Positions 49,325 through 57,979 of a stretch of DNA of 64,000 nucleotides are shown here, piece after piece. The notes beneath the pieces are model-generated. The model had not been told where the DNA came from. It saw only the letters and a program-made list of their open reading frames with translations, and searched no databases. Location of the stretch: positions 1,920,001-1,984,000 of the forward strand of contig OY970173.1 of the NCBI GenBank assembly GCA_963707635.1, read 5' to 3'. The stretch is from Candidatus Latescibacterota bacterium (GTDB lineage Bacteria > Krumholzibacteriota > Krumholzibacteriia > WVZY01 > JAKEHA01). The position numbers and the translations under genes were made by a program. Within the stretch, counting starts at the first letter, position 1, and each line of letters starts with the position of its first letter.

Positions 49325-50095
49325 ATGGACAATCCCAATCTCGACAACATCGTCCTGGCCCTGCTGTTCGCGTCGGAAGAGCCGCTTTCGGCCCGGAGGA
49401 TCGCCGCGGTGGTGGAAGACGTCACCGTGGCCGACGTGAAGCAGGCGATCGACACCTGGAACGCCCGCGCCGATGCCGAGGCGTGGAGCATCGGCATCGA
49501 ACAGGTGGCCGGCGGCTATCGCCTCGCGACGCGCGCCGAGTACGCGGCCTACGTGTCGCGCCTGTACGCGGGGCGGCGCCGGTTCCGCCTCTCTCGCGCC
49601 GGGCTGGAAACCCTCGCGATCATCGCGTACAAGCAACCGATCACGCGCGCGGAAGTGGAGACCATCCGCGGGGTGGGGAGCGGCAGTGTGGTCGCCAACC
49701 TGATGGAACGCTCGCTGGTGGAGATCGTCGGCAAGGCCAAAGTGCTGGGCGCCCCGTTTCTCTACGGCACGACGCCTGCGTTTCTGGAGTACCTGGGGCT
49801 CAATTCGATTCGCGACCTCCCCAGCCTGGAAGACCTCGAGGCGTTGCTCGCCCGCGAGGCGGGCGGCGAGTCGGCGCTCGACGGCGACGAGGCGGACGAT
49901 TCGGCGGCCGCGGCGACGCTGGCGACGGCGGCGCGGGTCGGCCCGCTGGTCGAGGAACCCGTGAACCGGCCGCTATACGACGAACTCCAGCGCGGGAGCG
50001 CCGAGGTTCCGCCCGCACCCGGGCGGACGCGGTTCGACGCCGACGGCGGAGACGGCCCGGATGTGCCCGGGGACGCGGCCGGTGACGACGCATGA
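49325..50095 (+). CDS. scpB: SMC-Scp complex subunit ScpB
   Basis: ALLFAS, VAGGY, LETLAIIAYKQPITRAE, YGTT--FL. Confidence 0.95.
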   Translation: MDNPNLDNIVLALLFASEEPLSARRIAAVVEDVTVADVKQAIDTWNARADAEAWSIGIEQVAGGYRLATRAEYAAYVSRLYAGRRRFRLSRAGLETLAIIAYKQPITRAEVETIRGVGSGSVVANLMERSLVEIVGKAKVLGAPFLYGTTPAFLEYLGLNSIRDLPSLEDLEALLAREAGGESALDGDEADDSAAAATLATAARVGPLVEEPVNRPLYDELQRGSAEVPPAPGRTRFDADGGDGPDVPGDAAGDDA

Positions 50096-50922
50096 ACGAT
50101 GCGCGAACGCCCGCGGGCGAAGGCGACGCGATTCGTCTGAATCATTTTCTGGCGCGGATCGGAGTGGCCTCCCGGCGCGCGTGTGACGACATCATCGCCG
50201 CGGGGCGCGTGCGCGTGGACGGCCGCGTGGTGCGCGAGCTGGGGGTGAAGGTCGTGCCCGGGCAGTCGGTGGTGACGGTGGACGGAACGCCCGTGGCCGC
50301 ACCGCCGCGCCGGATTGTGCTCATCATGCACAAGCCGAAAGGGTTCGTGACCACGGTCTCGGACCCCGAAGGCCGGCCAACGGTCATCGATCTGTGCCGC
50401 GGCGTGGCCCGCAAGCAGCGCCTGTTTCCCGTTGGCCGACTCGACGTCAATACCACCGGCGCCCTGCTCATCACCAACGACGGCCTGCTCTGCTATCGCC
50501 TCACGCATCCACGCTTCGGGATTCCCCGCGTCTACCAGGTGAAGATCCGCGGCACCGTCAGCGAGTCTCAGCTGCGCCGTCTCGAACGCATGGCGCGCGA
50601 GTCGTCGCCGGGGGCGCCGCCCGCCCGCGCCCAGCGGCGCGAGTCGAAGCCATCGGTCGACGTCGTGATTCGGCTCCCGCGGGAGCGGGAAGTGGTGATG
50701 CGCTTTCGCCTGCTCGAAGGAAAGAACCGGCAGGTCCGGCAAATGTGCGAGGCCGTCGGACTTCGGATCGTCGCGCTCAAACGCGTGAGTTTCGGTCCGG
50801 TGTCGATCCGCAAGCTTCCCCTCGGCGCGGTACGCCCGCTCGAGCGGCGCGAGCTCGATCGCCTCGACTCGATTCTCGCGACGGCGGCGGCGGGAGCGGG
50901 AGGGGCCCGTGGATCTGCGTAG
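50092..50922 (+). CDS. rluB: rRNA pseudouridine synthase (RluB/RsuA family)
   Basis: S4 domain, HKPKG, PVGRLD, EGKNRQVR. Confidence 0.9.
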   Translation: MNDARTPAGEGDAIRLNHFLARIGVASRRACDDIIAAGRVRVDGRVVRELGVKVVPGQSVVTVDGTPVAAPPRRIVLIMHKPKGFVTTVSDPEGRPTVIDLCRGVARKQRLFPVGRLDVNTTGALLITNDGLLCYRLTHPRFGIPRVYQVKIRGTVSESQLRRLERMARESSPGAPPARAQRRESKPSVDVVIRLPREREVVMRFRLLEGKNRQVRQMCEAVGLRIVALKRVSFGPVSIRKLPLGAVRPLERRELDRLDSILATAAAGAGGARGSA

Positions 50923-52018
50923 GCTGGTTCGACCCGGTATCCTGGACATCGAGCGCTACGAGCCCGGAGAAGACCACCCCGGCGCGGTCAAGCTTTCCTC
51001 GAACGAGAACCCGAGGCCGCCGCATCCGAAGATCGTGCAGGCCGTGGTCGCCGCACTCCGGGAGGCCAACCGCTACCCGGAATCGGGGAGCCCGGACCTG
51101 ACGCGCGCGCTGGCGGCGCACCACCATCTCGACCCGGGCGAAATCGTGGTGGGGAACGGGTCCAACGAGATCATCGATTTGCTGGTGCGCTCGTTCGCCG
51201 GGCCGGGCGACAACGTCGTATTTCCGGTCCCGAGCTTCATCGTCTACGGGCTGATCGCGAAGATCTGCGGCTGCGATGGCGTCGGCGTCCCGTGCCGCGA
51301 CTACCGGATGGACCTTCCCGCCATGCGCGCCGCCGTGAACGACCGGACCCGGGTCGTGTTCCTGTGCAACCCGAACAACCCCACCTCGACCTACGTGGGC
51401 GCGCGCGAGGTGCGTGCGTTTCTCGACGGGTTGAGCGACGACGTGTTCGTGGTCATGGATGAAGCGTACGTCGACTATGTCGACGCGCCCGACTACCCCG
51501 ACTCGCTCGCCCTGCGCCGGGAGCGCGAGAGCCTGGTGGTGCTGCGCACCTTCTCGAAGTACTTTGCCATCGCCGGCGTGCGCGTCGGCTACGCCATCGC
51601 GGATCCGGGCGTGGTGGACGTGCTCCACCGCGTGCGCCAGCCGTTCAACGTGAGCCGCCTCGCGCAGGCCGCCGGCATGGCGGCGCTCGCGTGCGCGGAC
51701 GAGCTCAAACCGATGGCGAAGGAAACCATCGCGGAGCGCGCACGGGTGCGCGAAGCACTGCTGGCGCTCAAGCTCGTGTGCCCGCCTTCCCAGGCCAACT
51801 TCGTTTTCGTCGATCTGGGTGAATCGGACCTGGACCTCTTTACAGAGCTGGTGCGTCGTGGCGTGGTCGTGCGCCGGCTCGGCCAGTTCGGGGCGTCGCG
51901 CAACAGCTACCGCATCAGCATCGGGACGCCGGCGGAGAACGACCGCCTGCTCGACGCGCTTCGCGATATCATGCACCGCCATCCCTCCGCGGCGCCCACG
52001 CGGCTGCGATCCCCTTGA
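50909..52018 (+). CDS. hisC: Histidinol-phosphate aminotransferase
   Basis: KLSSNEN, GNGSNE, NPNNP, DEAY, RTFSK. Confidence 0.93.
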   Translation: MDLRRLVRPGILDIERYEPGEDHPGAVKLSSNENPRPPHPKIVQAVVAALREANRYPESGSPDLTRALAAHHHLDPGEIVVGNGSNEIIDLLVRSFAGPGDNVVFPVPSFIVYGLIAKICGCDGVGVPCRDYRMDLPAMRAAVNDRTRVVFLCNPNNPTSTYVGAREVRAFLDGLSDDVFVVMDEAYVDYVDAPDYPDSLALRRERESLVVLRTFSKYFAIAGVRVGYAIADPGVVDVLHRVRQPFNVSRLAQAAGMAALACADELKPMAKETIAERARVREALLALKLVCPPSQANFVFVDLGESDLDLFTELVRRGVVVRRLGQFGASRNSYRISIGTPAENDRLLDALRDIMHRHPSAAPTRLRSP

Positions 52019-53391
52019 AGGCTCCCCTCTCGGCAGAGCAACTGCTGCGCGGGTTCACCATCGCGATCGACGGTCCCTCGGGTTCGGGAAAAACCACGAC
52101 CGCGAGGCTGGTCGCGCGGCGCCTCGGATTTCGTCACATCGATACCGGTGCCATGTACCGCGCGGTGACGCTGGTCGCGCGCGAGCAGGGAATCGACGTG
52201 GGCGACGGCGAGCGCCTGGGCGCGCTGGCGCGGGGCCTTGCGATCGACGTTGCCGCCGCCGCCGACGGTGCCCCGGTGGTTCGGATCGCCGGGCGCGACG
52301 TCACCGCCGCGGTTCGAAGCCCCGAGGTGACGGCGGGGGTGTCGGCGGTGAGCGCCCACCGGGCGGTGCGCGCGGCGATGGTGCGCCGGCAGCGCGAACT
52401 CGCGGCCGGCGGGGGAGCCATTCTCGAGGGGCGGGACATCGGCAGCGTGGTGCTTCCGGGCGCCGACGTGAAGGTCTACCTGGACGCGTCGGTGCGCGTG
52501 CGGGCGCAGCGGAGGTGCGACGAGCTGCGCCGCGCAGGCGTGCACGAGGAGGTCGAGAACGTGGAGCGCGACCTGGCGCGCCGGGATTCGTTCGACGCGT
52601 CGCGGGAGGAAAGCCCGCTGGTGCGGCCGGTCGGTGCGTGGCGCGTCGATACCTCGCCGCTCACCATCGACGAGCAGGTCGAGCGGGTGGTGGCGCTGGC
52701 GCGGGAAGAAGCGGCGCGACGCGAGGCCTCGCTGGCGCGCCCGGTCCGCGTGGACGGCAAACGGCTCTGGTGGCGGGCGACGACCGGGCTGGTGGCGTGG
52801 GTGTACGCCATTCTCTTCGGCATGAGGGTCCGCCATTATTTTCGCGGCGAGCCGCCCGAGAACTACCTGTTCGCGTCCAACCACCGCTCCACCTCCGATC
52901 CGCCGGTGGTGGGGAGCCGGCTCTCGCGCGAGGTCTACTTCGTTGCCAAGGACTCCCTGTTCAAGAATCCGCTGTTCGGACGTCTCATCCGGTCGTACAA
53001 CGCGTTCCCGATCCGCCGCGGGGTGTTCGATCGGGAAGCGATGCAGACCGCGCTGGACCTGCTCAACCGCGGGCGCTCGGTCCTGATTTTTCCCGAGGGA
53101 GGACGCGTGCTCGGCGAGGACCTCGGGCCCGCCCGCAGCGGAGTCGCCTATCTCGCGATCAACTCCGGGGTTCCGGTCGTGCCCGTGTACGTGTCGGGGA
53201 CCGACCGCCTTCGCGACTGCCTGCTGAGGAGGTCCCGCATCCTGGTCGTGCACGGGCGCCCGATCCGGATTCCGGCCCCGCTGTGCGCGGAGTACCGGGC
53301 GGCCGACGACCGCACCGCCTACCGGCGCTACAGCGACATGGTGATGGCCGCCATCCGGGCCCTCAAGGAAGCCGCGGACGACCCGCGCTGA
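52015..53391 (+). CDS. cmk: Cytidylate kinase fused to a PlsC-like lysophospholipid acyltransferase
   Basis: IDGPSGSGK, DTGAMYR, EGRDIG; then NHRSTSD (HX4D) and FPEG. Confidence 0.92.
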   Translation: MKAPLSAEQLLRGFTIAIDGPSGSGKTTTARLVARRLGFRHIDTGAMYRAVTLVAREQGIDVGDGERLGALARGLAIDVAAAADGAPVVRIAGRDVTAAVRSPEVTAGVSAVSAHRAVRAAMVRRQRELAAGGGAILEGRDIGSVVLPGADVKVYLDASVRVRAQRRCDELRRAGVHEEVENVERDLARRDSFDASREESPLVRPVGAWRVDTSPLTIDEQVERVVALAREEAARREASLARPVRVDGKRLWWRATTGLVAWVYAILFGMRVRHYFRGEPPENYLFASNHRSTSDPPVVGSRLSREVYFVAKDSLFKNPLFGRLIRSYNAFPIRRGVFDREAMQTALDLLNRGRSVLIFPEGGRVLGEDLGPARSGVAYLAINSGVPVVPVYVSGTDRLRDCLLRRSRILVVHGRPIRIPAPLCAEYRAADDRTAYRRYSDMVMAAIRALKEAADDPR

Positions 53392-53419
53392 CGCCCCGAA
53401 GTCCTTTTCCAGTTTCCGG

Positions 53420-53448
53420 TTGCAACGGCCTTGCCCAGAGGGTATTAT
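53420..53448 (+). promoter_or_regulatory. Sigma70-type promoter of rpsA
   Basis: TTGCAA-N17-TATTAT. Confidence 0.6.
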
Positions 53449-53490
53449 GCACAAATCCCGTTTTTTACACGTTGCAAGGAGGAATACGGT

Positions 53491-55338
53491 TTGATGATCG
53501 ATGAATCTCGCGGCCCGGCCCGCACCGAAAATACTCAAGCGAGAGGAGGTGTGGGTCTGCGCTCGCCGGCGTACGCGCTCTTCGAGCACATGGACGCCGA
53601 AGCGGCCGCCATCGAGGCGACCGGCCGGGCGGCCGGAGCGACGCTCATTCCCGGCTACGAAGAAACGATCAGCACCTTCGAAGAAGGGCAGATCGTGCGT
53701 GGCACGGTCACGGACATTCGCGAGAACGAAGTCATCGTCGACGTCGGATTCAAGAGCGAGGGGACCATCCCCATCGCCGAGTTCCGCAACATCGATCAAC
53801 TGGCGGTTGGCAACCAGTTCGACGTCTACCTCGAGAAACTCGAGAATCAGGACGGGCTGGTGGTCCTGTCGAAGGAGAAGGCCGACTTCTTCAAAGTGTG
53901 GGGCCAGATCAAGGACGCCCACGACAACAACCAGATCGTCCAGGGTCGCGTCAAGCGCCGCATCAAGGGCGGCCTCGTGGTCGACCTGCTCGGCGTCGAT
54001 GCCTTCCTCCCCGGCAGCCAGATCGCGCTGCGCCAGGTCCCCAATCTCGACGACCTGCTCTACCAGACGCTCGACTTCAAGATCATCAAGATCAACAAGC
54101 GGCGCCGGAACATCGTGGTGTCGCGCCGTGTCGTGCTCGAAGAGAAGCGCGAGGAGCTCAAGCGCGGCCTGATGGGCGAACTGGAGCCCGGCCAGATCCG
54201 CGAGGGCGTGGTCAAGAACATCACCGACTTCGGGGCGTTCGTCGACCTGGGCGGCGTCGATGGCCTCCTGCACCTCACCGACATGACGTGGGGTCGCGTC
54301 GGCCACCCGTCCGACGTGGTGCAGATCGGCCAGAAGATCAACGTCAAGGTGCTCGACTTCGACCGCGAGAAGGAGAAGATCTCGCTGGGGTTGAAGCAGC
54401 TCACGCCGCACCCGTGGGAGGGCGTCAACGACCGCTACCCGGTGGGCACGCGCCTCAAGGGGCGCGTGGTGAGCATCACCGACTACGGCGCCTTCGTCGA
54501 GCTCGAGAAGGGCGTGGAGGGCCTGATCCACATTTCCGAGATGTCGTGGACGAAGCACGTCAAACACCCGTCGAAGATCCTGTCGGTCGGTCAGGAGATC
54601 GAGGCCGTCGTGCTCAAGGTCGACAAGGACAACCAGAAGATCTCGCTGGGGCTGAAGCAGACCGAGCCGGATCCGTGGACCACGATCGAAAGGCGTTATC
54701 CGCCGGGCACGCGCCTCAAAGGCATCGTCCGCAACCTCACCAACTTCGGCGCCTTCGTCGAAATCGAAGAGGGGATCGACGGCCTGCTGCACATCTCCGA
54801 CATGTCGTGGGCGAAACGGGTGCGCCATCCCAGCGAGGGCGTGAAGAAGGGCGACCTGGTGGACGTGGTCGTGCTCGAGATCAACCAGGACAAGAAGCGA
54901 ATCAGTCTGGGTATGAAGCAGCTCTCTGACAATCCGTGGGATCGTCTCGCCGTCGAGTTCGCGCCGGACACGGAAGTGCACGGCAAGATCACGCGCATCC
55001 TCGATCGCGGCGCGGTCGTCGAGGTTCGCCACGACGTCGAAGGCTTCGTCCCGGTCGGCCAGATGGGCATGGACGACATCGTCCACCCCGAGCAGTACTA
55101 CCAGGTGGGCGAGGAGATCCCGTTGCGGGTGATCAAGGTGGACCCGAAGAACAAGCGGATCGTGTTGAGCGTGAGCGCGTACCTGGCGACTCGCACCGAC
55201 GACGAGGTCCGGGAGTTCCTGGGACGCCACCCGAAACGGGATATCGTCATCCCGACGACGCCGTCGTCGGACGGGGACGAAATAGACGACGTCGACCTGG
55301 CGGTCGACGACGTGTCGATCGAGCCCGTGGACGAGTAG
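53491..55338 (+). CDS. rpsA: 30S ribosomal protein S1
   Basis: Six S1 repeats (DFGAFVDLGGVDGLLH etc.); AAGGAGG RBS before TTG 53491/ATG 53494. Confidence 0.97.
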   Translation: MMIDESRGPARTENTQARGGVGLRSPAYALFEHMDAEAAAIEATGRAAGATLIPGYEETISTFEEGQIVRGTVTDIRENEVIVDVGFKSEGTIPIAEFRNIDQLAVGNQFDVYLEKLENQDGLVVLSKEKADFFKVWGQIKDAHDNNQIVQGRVKRRIKGGLVVDLLGVDAFLPGSQIALRQVPNLDDLLYQTLDFKIIKINKRRRNIVVSRRVVLEEKREELKRGLMGELEPGQIREGVVKNITDFGAFVDLGGVDGLLHLTDMTWGRVGHPSDVVQIGQKINVKVLDFDREKEKISLGLKQLTPHPWEGVNDRYPVGTRLKGRVVSITDYGAFVELEKGVEGLIHISEMSWTKHVKHPSKILSVGQEIEAVVLKVDKDNQKISLGLKQTEPDPWTTIERRYPPGTRLKGIVRNLTNFGAFVEIEEGIDGLLHISDMSWAKRVRHPSEGVKKGDLVDVVVLEINQDKKRISLGMKQLSDNPWDRLAVEFAPDTEVHGKITRILDRGAVVEVRHDVEGFVPVGQMGMDDIVHPEQYYQVGEEIPLRVIKVDPKNKRIVLSVSAYLATRTDDEVREFLGRHPKRDIVIPTTPSSDGDEIDDVDLAVDDVSIEPVDE

Positions 55339-55366
55339 CCCCGCCCGATCCAGACGAATTCCCGAG

Positions 55367-55408
55367 GTCGGGGGCCGGTCCGGAAACCGGCCCCCGGCCT
55401 TTTTCTTT
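55367..55408 (+). terminator. Intrinsic terminator of rpsA
   Basis: GGGGGCCGGT-CCGGAA-ACCGGCCCCC hairpin followed by TTTTTCTTT. Confidence 0.8.
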
Positions 55409-55489
55409 GGCCCGATGGCTCCTTGACGCTCCGGCACGCACCGTCCATCATGGGGCGTCAACCGACGTTTCGCTTCGAGGAGGCCCGCC

Positions 55490-55810
55490 GTGTGGTTCGT
55501 TCGTTCCGTGCTGATCCTTGCCGGCGTCATCGCGTTCCTCTGGCTCGGGATGGAAAACGCCGACCAGACGATTAATTTCACGTTCTTCACGCGCGTGTAC
55601 CCGGGGCTCAATCTCAATTTTCTTCTGCTGCTGGTGTTCGTGTCGGGCATGGTGTTCTCGTTCCTGATCTCCGTGATCAACGAACTGAATCTGCGGCGCC
55701 AGCTGTCGCAGGCGCGGCGCGAACTCACGCGCATGGATCGGGAGATTGCGGCGCTGCGGAGCCTTCCCCTGGAGGACACCGACGGGGCGAGGAGCGGTTC
55801 CAACGGCTAG
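55490..55810 (+). CDS. lapA: LPS assembly protein LapA family
   Basis: Two TM helices around the EN motif, coiled-coil tail; upstream of lapB. Confidence 0.8.
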   Translation: MWFVRSVLILAGVIAFLWLGMENADQTINFTFFTRVYPGLNLNFLLLLVFVSGMVFSFLISVINELNLRRQLSQARRELTRMDREIAALRSLPLEDTDGARSGSNG

Positions 55811-55821
55811 CGCGAGGGATC

Positions 55822-56976
55822 ATGGATTCCGCCGTCGTGCAGTTCATCGCAGGGGCCCTGGGGGCGGTGTTGATCGTCGCCGGTGCGTGGGTCATGCGCG
55901 GGCGGCGGGAACGTCGCGTGGAGCCGGCACCGCTGCCATACGTCGAGGGGCTGCGGCTGTTGATCGACGGCCGCAAGGCGGAGGCGTTCGGGCGCCTGCA
56001 GGCGGCCGTGATCGCCGGCAACGCCCCCACCGACGCCTACATCCGCATCGGCGCCATTCTGCGCGAGCGCGGTGACGCGGCCAAGGCGCTCCAGATTCAC
56101 AAGAGCCTCACCGTCAAGTCCGACCTCACCCAGCGCGAGCGCGTCGAGGTGCTGGCGAATGTGGCCGACGACTATGTCGCGCTCGGCCACACCGAGCGCG
56201 CCCTCGAGACGGTGGACGCGGCGATGCGGCGCTCCGGTTTCCGCGACCCCACCCTGGTCGGTATCGCCGCGCGCGCGTGCCACCTGCTGGGCAGAACGGA
56301 AGAGGCCTACGAGTACCTGAAGGAGCTGCGCAAGGCGGGGGGCGTGGGCGACCGCGAGATGGCGCTGTACCTGGTCTCGGTGGCGGAAGCGGACGCGGCG
56401 AAGGGCCGCGCGCGCGACGCGCGCAAGACGCTCACGCGCGCGCTCCGTCACGATTCCGAGTGCGCGCCGGCGCTCTTGGCGCTCGGCCGGCTCGAGGAAG
56501 CGACCAACGACGTCGAGGACGCGATTCGACTCTGGCGCCAGGCGGCGCGCGTGTCGCCGGACCTCGCGCCCGCGGCGCTGCGCAGTCTGGAGCGCGTCCT
56601 CTACCAGCGCGGGACGTTCAATGAAATCGAAGCGGTCTACCGCGAGGTACTCGAGAGCCGCCCCGCCGACGAGAACGCGGCCCTGGCCCTCGCGTCTTTC
56701 TATCGCAAGCAGGGGCGGGTGGACGACGCCATCACCCTGCTCGAGGACTACCGGGTGTCCAACCCGGATTCCATCCAGGGCACAATGCTACTGACGTCCA
56801 TTTATGCGGCGCGCGGCGACACGGATGAGCTCGAGGCGCTGATGGACCGCAACGGACACGGGCTGGGCCGGAGCACACGCTATCGGTGCAGCTCGTGCGG
56901 ATGGGAAACCGACGAGATGCGCTGGCATTGTCCACGGTGCAACCGCTTTGACACGTTCCTCGGCAGTGCGCAGTAG
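55822..56976 (+). CDS. lapB: LapB-like TPR protein with C-terminal rubredoxin motif
   Basis: N-terminal TM, LRERG---ALQIH, TPRs, YRCSSCG...WHCPRC. Confidence 0.85.
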   Translation: MDSAVVQFIAGALGAVLIVAGAWVMRGRRERRVEPAPLPYVEGLRLLIDGRKAEAFGRLQAAVIAGNAPTDAYIRIGAILRERGDAAKALQIHKSLTVKSDLTQRERVEVLANVADDYVALGHTERALETVDAAMRRSGFRDPTLVGIAARACHLLGRTEEAYEYLKELRKAGGVGDREMALYLVSVAEADAAKGRARDARKTLTRALRHDSECAPALLALGRLEEATNDVEDAIRLWRQAARVSPDLAPAALRSLERVLYQRGTFNEIEAVYREVLESRPADENAALALASFYRKQGRVDDAITLLEDYRVSNPDSIQGTMLLTSIYAARGDTDELEALMDRNGHGLGRSTRYRCSSCGWETDEMRWHCPRCNRFDTFLGSAQ

Positions 56977-57979
56977 CGTCGTCGCGACGCTGGTGGCGGC
57001 GCTGGCTTGGTCGGCGGCGGCCCGCGAAGACGCCGGCGACTTCATCCGGCGCGGGAAGAACGAGCTTTCTGCCGGGCGCGTGGTGGCGGCGGAGTCGAGT
57101 TTCGCGCGCGCGGCGGGGATGGCGGACGGGGACGAACGGCGGGAAGCCTGGTTCCTGCAGGCGAGCGTCGTGCGCTCCGGGGCGCAGGCCGAGGCCCTCT
57201 ATCGGCGCGTGCTCGACGAGCCGGCGGCGGACGAATGGACGCAGCGTTCCGCGATCGAGCTGGCCAAGATCCAGTTCGCGATGGGGAGGTACGAGGCCGC
57301 CCGCGCGGTGCTGCGGGAGACCGGAGCGTGCGACGCCTCGGACGAGGCGTGCCTCTTCGAGGGACTCTCGTGCGTGATGGCGCGCGACTACGAGGACGCA
57401 ATCGCGCCGCTGGAACACATCCGCAAAGGGCGGCTCAAGACGTGGGCGGCGGTCGCCCTCGCCGAGGCGAGCGAGGGGTTGGGCCGACACGAAGACGCGT
57501 GCGCGCGTTACGAGGCGCTCGCCCGCTCCCGCGTCAATCCGGCTGCGTGGTACCGCTACGCCGAGTGCGTGGAAACCTCCGGCGACGAGGAGCGCGCGCG
57601 CCGGGAGTACGAGGCGCTGCAGGACGCGTTTCCGCAGGCGCCCGAAGCGCTGCGCGCGGCGGAGAAACTGGCGGGGTCGGCCCCGGTCCCGGCGCCGGCC
57701 GACGAGGCCGCGGAAGAAACGGTGCCGACGGGGCCCGGCTACACGATCCAGTTCGGGTCCTTCGGCGACCGCGGCAATGCGATCAAACTCTATGCGAAAA
57801 TCAAACGCACCCACCCGGGAATCCGCATCGACAGCGAGCTGGTCAACCACCGCGAGGTGTTCCGGGTGCGGTTTGGTCACTACCCGACGCGCGAGGAGGC
57901 GAAGGCGACCGGCGACGCCATGGCGCGCGACCTCGGCGAGGAATTCACCGTCATGCCGGTTGCGCCGCGCGCGCCATGA
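56948..57979 (+). CDS. TPR + SPOR domain periplasmic protein
   Basis: Signal peptide, TPR-like helices, YTIQFGSF---NA...FRVRFG-Y-TREEA. Confidence 0.85.
   Translation: MTRSSAVRSSVVATLVAALAWSAAAREDAGDFIRRGKNELSAGRVVAAESSFARAAGMADGDERREAWFLQASVVRSGAQAEALYRRVLDEPAADEWTQRSAIELAKIQFAMGRYEAARAVLRETGACDASDEACLFEGLSCVMARDYEDAIAPLEHIRKGRLKTWAAVALAEASEGLGRHEDACARYEALARSRVNPAAWYRYAECVETSGDEERARREYEALQDAFPQAPEALRAAEKLAGSAPVPAPADEAAEETVPTGPGYTIQFGSFGDRGNAIKLYAKIKRTHPGIRIDSELVNHREVFRVRFGHYPTREEAKATGDAMARDLGEEFTVMPVAPRAP

Noticed and set aside
20980..55803. Very long antisense and alternate-frame ORFs (e.g. 20980-24081, 34647-38606, 51907-55803)
   Set aside because: They are mirror frames of well-conserved genes, typical of high-GC codon bias.
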